Assembly: GCA_008632985.1 (NCBI GenBank)
Contig: QPGO01000040.1
Coordinates: 439,719-503,718 of the forward strand
Reading direction: 5' to 3'
Source: Psammoneis japonica
Taxonomy: Eukaryota
DNA: 64,000 nucleotides
The notes under the pieces were generated by a model. That model searched no databases. It was not told the origin of the DNA and saw only the letters and a list, made by a program, of their open reading frames with translations. This document shows, piece after piece, positions 60,855-64,000 of the stretch (position 1 is its first letter; the number at the start of each line of letters is the position of its first letter). The translations under genes and the position numbers were made by a program.

Positions 60855-63800
60855 ATGGATACGATAGCGTCGAACTCTCCAGAGAAACTGTTGTTTTGCT
60901 TGGCACATAACGATCTTTTGCCTCAATCGACAAGAACGCTCTGGCGCTTTAAGTGCAGATTGCATTTGATTCTTGGATTGTTCCTCCTTCTCACTGCATC
61001 TGTTGCTGTCAAGGCCGCTGAACAAAATAAGGGAATCGCTATTTGGGCCAATGGTGACGATGCTCCTCCGGGCTATGCTGTATGGGATGGTAGTGAATTC
61101 TCCTTGCTGCAAAGCATACAAAAACAGGACGCGACGAGATGGCAGTCCATTAAAGGTGCAGCGTCAAGAACACGTGATGAAGTAATTTTGCTCGGGCTCA
61201 TGCCTAATGGGAAGGTCGAGGTCCTAATTTACAATGGAAAAAGTTGGAAGGAAGCAGCCTTTTCGCCACTTAACGATAAAACGACACGATATTGGTCGGG
61301 TCACGACATTGAGTACGAGTCTAAAAGTGGAAATGCTGTCTTGGTGTACCATGACGGTATCGACGACAAGATGCTTTACCAAACCTGGAATGGCTCCTTC
61401 TGGAGCTCGGAGACAAGAATCGACAGCGTACCGGCTAACAGAGGCTCAACAGTTGATCTTACTCTCGCAGCAAGCCCCATATCAAACGAAATGGTGCTAA
61501 TGGTGGGCCCATATAGAGGCTCCGACTTTTGTATTGTTTGGAACGGTGCAAGTTGGAGCAACGGGCTGGACTTGCAAAATGAAATGCAAGGTCTTAGGAA
61601 TGTCAATGTAGCCTATGAACAACTGAGCGGAAGAGCAATGGTGGTTTACCCTAGAACATCCAACAGACTACATTACCGGATTTGGGACGGAAAATGGAGT
61701 AGAGACGAATCTCTACAACCACCATCAGGTATCACGAACCGATATGGGATAAGGCGAATCATAATTTGCGGGGATCCGACTAGTAACCGCATTGCTGTGG
61801 GTGTTGCTTCATTCACCATTAATGCCTTCTGGCTTGCCGTTTGGGATGGAAGACGTGAGTGGGGATCCGTCACCACCGCTACATCGGGATCATCTAGAGA
61901 TAGGTTTCGTGGTATTGCCGTAGCCTTTGAAGGTAATTCGGGCAAGGCTCTGGCAGTCTATTCTCTGAGCAGTAAACTACGGTATCGAACGTGGACAACA
62001 GGCTGGTCAAGTGAATACAGCGGTCCCGACCTTGGTGACGCACCGAACACTATGAACCTTGATGCATCTCATGGTAGCAATGCGATCATGCTATCAGTCC
62101 AAGACAACAGTCGAGACGCCAATTTTTGCGTCTGGGAGGGAAATACATGGCGTAGTGTCCACCGTATGACAAGCGATACCGGTGACACTACAAACACAAG
62201 GTACCCCTACTTGTTTCTATGGAAGCCCAGTCTTGGGGAAAGAAGGTCAGCCCCGGTGCCATCAAGACCACCTACAGTGCTACCGACATCGGCACCGACT
62301 GATCTCCCTACCCCATCACCAACTCAGAATCCATCCAGTCGCCCTACAAGCGCAACATCTCCTGAACCCACTCCATTGCCATCGATAGCACCTACGATGC
62401 CACCTACATCGATGCCAACCCCAAAACCGACGAATCGTCCCACCAGTGCTCCATCTGTGAAACTCACTCCTTCACCTTCGGCGAATCCAACAAAAGCACC
62501 AGCTATGCAGCTTACATTTAATCCAACGAGTTCCCCAACAAGAACACGCACTGCTGCACCAACAGAAGCTACCCAAATTCCAACTATTGCGCCCACCCAG
62601 AAGGTAGCTCCAATTCCGACCATGATGCCAACGCCGTTGCCGACTGCTTTTCCGTCAAAGGCGCCCACTCCATCACCTACAAGAGGTCCGCCCTCACTCA
62701 AAGACCCAACGCCATCAAACTCTACGATACCTGCTTCAAGGCAAGGGACGACTCGCGACACTGGAAAGTTTTGCTTGAGCGATTCGGATTGCAAGTCAAA
62801 AACATGCCGAAGCGGTGTATGTATGGCAACGTCTGAATGCTATCCAATAAGGCATGAATTCGGGTCACCCTTTGATAAGCACAGGATTAACATTGTGTTT
62901 GTCGCCTCCGGTTTTGACACCGAAGATCACGAAGTGTGGCGTGCTAATGTCAACAGGACCTTTGGATACTTCGAATATTTCAAAATGTTTGACAAGGAAA
63001 TCGAAACCCTCAACGCCTTTATTGTGGATCCAAACGAGTTGGATTCGAGCTTCTGTGCTCATGGGTGTTACGGCGTTGATCGGTTACTTTGCTGCGATAT
63101 CGACCGAGCTCATGACTTGGCCAGCAAATGCTTTCCTGTCGGGTCTAATCTACAGACTATCGTCATCCATAACTCATTGGCCTACGGAGGCGCAGGCTAT
63201 GTCGATCAAAATGTTGCCACTGTTTCCATACATCCAAAAGCTCCATTGGTGGCAATACATGAGCTTGGTCACTCGCTCTTTGAACTCGGTGATGAATACG
63301 TGTACGGTGACGGAACCGACGCGGACCCGAATTGCTGTGAAACATGTGATAAGTGGGCGGATCTTATTGGAAGAAAGAATACGCCCCGAGGGTACCCTGC
63401 TGTGCAGTGCGTCCCTGGTTGCAAGGACGGCGAATACTACATTGGGTTCAACTCCAACATGCGTACTTTAAGCCAAGGCATTGGGGCGGTGAATGCTAGA
63501 TTCACGTGTTGTACCTACCTTGCCATAACGAAGACCATGCCTCCGTTCTGCCAGGCATTTGACTTTTCGCCAGGATATCTGTTGAATTACTGTGTTACAA
63601 ATGACTTCCAGAACTATGGTGCAGCGAACTACTATGATGACGCTACGACGCGTATTGGTGGAAATTCAATGCCAGTTGACGAAAGTCTTATCGATCTCTC
63701 CAAATACCTTTTCCTGAGAGATCCAGTGTTGGTGAAAGTTAAATTGCGAAGAAACGGCAAGGCTGTTGTCAGGGACGACCCCGCACCTTTGCCAACTGGA

Positions 63801-64000
63801 CTGTATCGCAAGAATAAAGTGAAAGGGGATTATGTTCGGCTTAGGGATGCCGCAAAGGACGGATTGGACTCATTGGTGAAAGTGAAGATCTTCTATAACT
63901 CTGGAAAGGAGACATTACTCTTCTCCAAGAAGACCCGAATCGATGTCCCGTTGCCACCTAATGACGGCAATACCACTCGAAATGATAAGCCCCGCCGTAT
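60855..64000 (+). CDS. Large secreted metallopeptidase (M64/IgA-peptidase-like) with N-terminal W-[DN]-G-x-x-W repeat domain and Pro/Thr linker; runs off the window
   Basis: Hand translation from ATG 60855 stays in frame through LHLILGLFLLLTASVA, WDGSEF/WNGSFW/WNGASW repeats, a PT-rich linker, INIVFVASGF, YGGAG and HELGHSLFELGDEY. Absent from the ORF track, consistent with no stop before 64000. Confidence 0.85.
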   Translation, partial: MDTIASNSPEKLLFCLAHNDLLPQSTRTLWRFKCRLHLILGLFLLLTASVAVKAAEQNKGIAIWANGDDAPPGYAVWDGSEFSLLQSIQKQDATRWQSIKGAASRTRDEVILLGLMPNGKVEVLIYNGKSWKEAAFSPLNDKTTRYWSGHDIEYESKSGNAVLVYHDGIDDKMLYQTWNGSFWSSETRIDSVPANRGSTVDLTLAASPISNEMVLMVGPYRGSDFCIVWNGASWSNGLDLQNEMQGLRNVNVAYEQLSGRAMVVYPRTSNRLHYRIWDGKWSRDESLQPPSGITNRYGIRRIIICGDPTSNRIAVGVASFTINAFWLAVWDGRREWGSVTTATSGSSRDRFRGIAVAFEGNSGKALAVYSLSSKLRYRTWTTGWSSEYSGPDLGDAPNTMNLDASHGSNAIMLSVQDNSRDANFCVWEGNTWRSVHRMTSDTGDTTNTRYPYLFLWKPSLGERRSAPVPSRPPTVLPTSAPTDLPTPSPTQNPSSRPTSATSPEPTPLPSIAPTMPPTSMPTPKPTNRPTSAPSVKLTPSPSANPTKAPAMQLTFNPTSSPTRTRTAAPTEATQIPTIAPTQKVAPIPTMMPTPLPTAFPSKAPTPSPTRGPPSLKDPTPSNSTIPASRQGTTRDTGKFCLSDSDCKSKTCRSGVCMATSECYPIRHEFGSPFDKHRINIVFVASGFDTEDHEVWRANVNRTFGYFEYFKMFDKEIETLNAFIVDPNELDSSFCAHGCYGVDRLLCCDIDRAHDLASKCFPVGSNLQTIVIHNSLAYGGAGYVDQNVATVSIHPKAPLVAIHELGHSLFELGDEYVYGDGTDADPNCCETCDKWADLIGRKNTPRGYPAVQCVPGCKDGEYYIGFNSNMRTLSQGIGAVNARFTCCTYLAITKTMPPFCQAFDFSPGYLLNYCVTNDFQNYGAANYYDDATTRIGGNSMPVDESLIDLSKYLFLRDPVLVKVKLRRNGKAVVRDDPAPLPTGLYRKNKVKGDYVRLRDAAKDGLDSLVKVKIFYNSGKETLLFSKKTRIDVPLPPNDGNTTRNDKPRR

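Overview
Eukaryotic, gene-dense DNA, most consistent with a diatom-like stramenopile (short GT-AG introns, signal-peptide-plus-Phe plastid-type leaders, PT(x)AP-rich secreted proteins). It holds about 20 apparently functional genes. These include a CCR4-type EEP protein with a Mut7-C insert, a tandem Cu/Zn-SOD, DNAJC3, aspartate aminotransferase, two 2OG-Fe(II) oxygenase copies, SET, LRR, COG4-like, fibrillin, NDUFA5, a kinase, an alpha-dioxygenase-like peroxidase, an ELWxxD-repeat protein and an M64-like metallopeptidase missed by the ORF track. Interleaved with them are six sharply bounded blocks (about 15 kb, roughly a quarter of the window) strongly depleted of both CpG and TpA. Several blocks are dead copies of neighbouring intact genes. 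Direct comparison shows strand-symmetric, one-directional CG->TG/CA and TA->TG/CA changes in only one copy of each pair. This is the opposite of fungal RIP for TpA and is not explained by 5mC deamination alone, so it is the main candidate for an undescribed repeat/heterochromatin hypermutation system. Two MITE-like elements, a domain shared by two secreted proteins, and several probable assembly indels were also seen. All alignments were done by eye and coordinates of decayed blocks are approximate.
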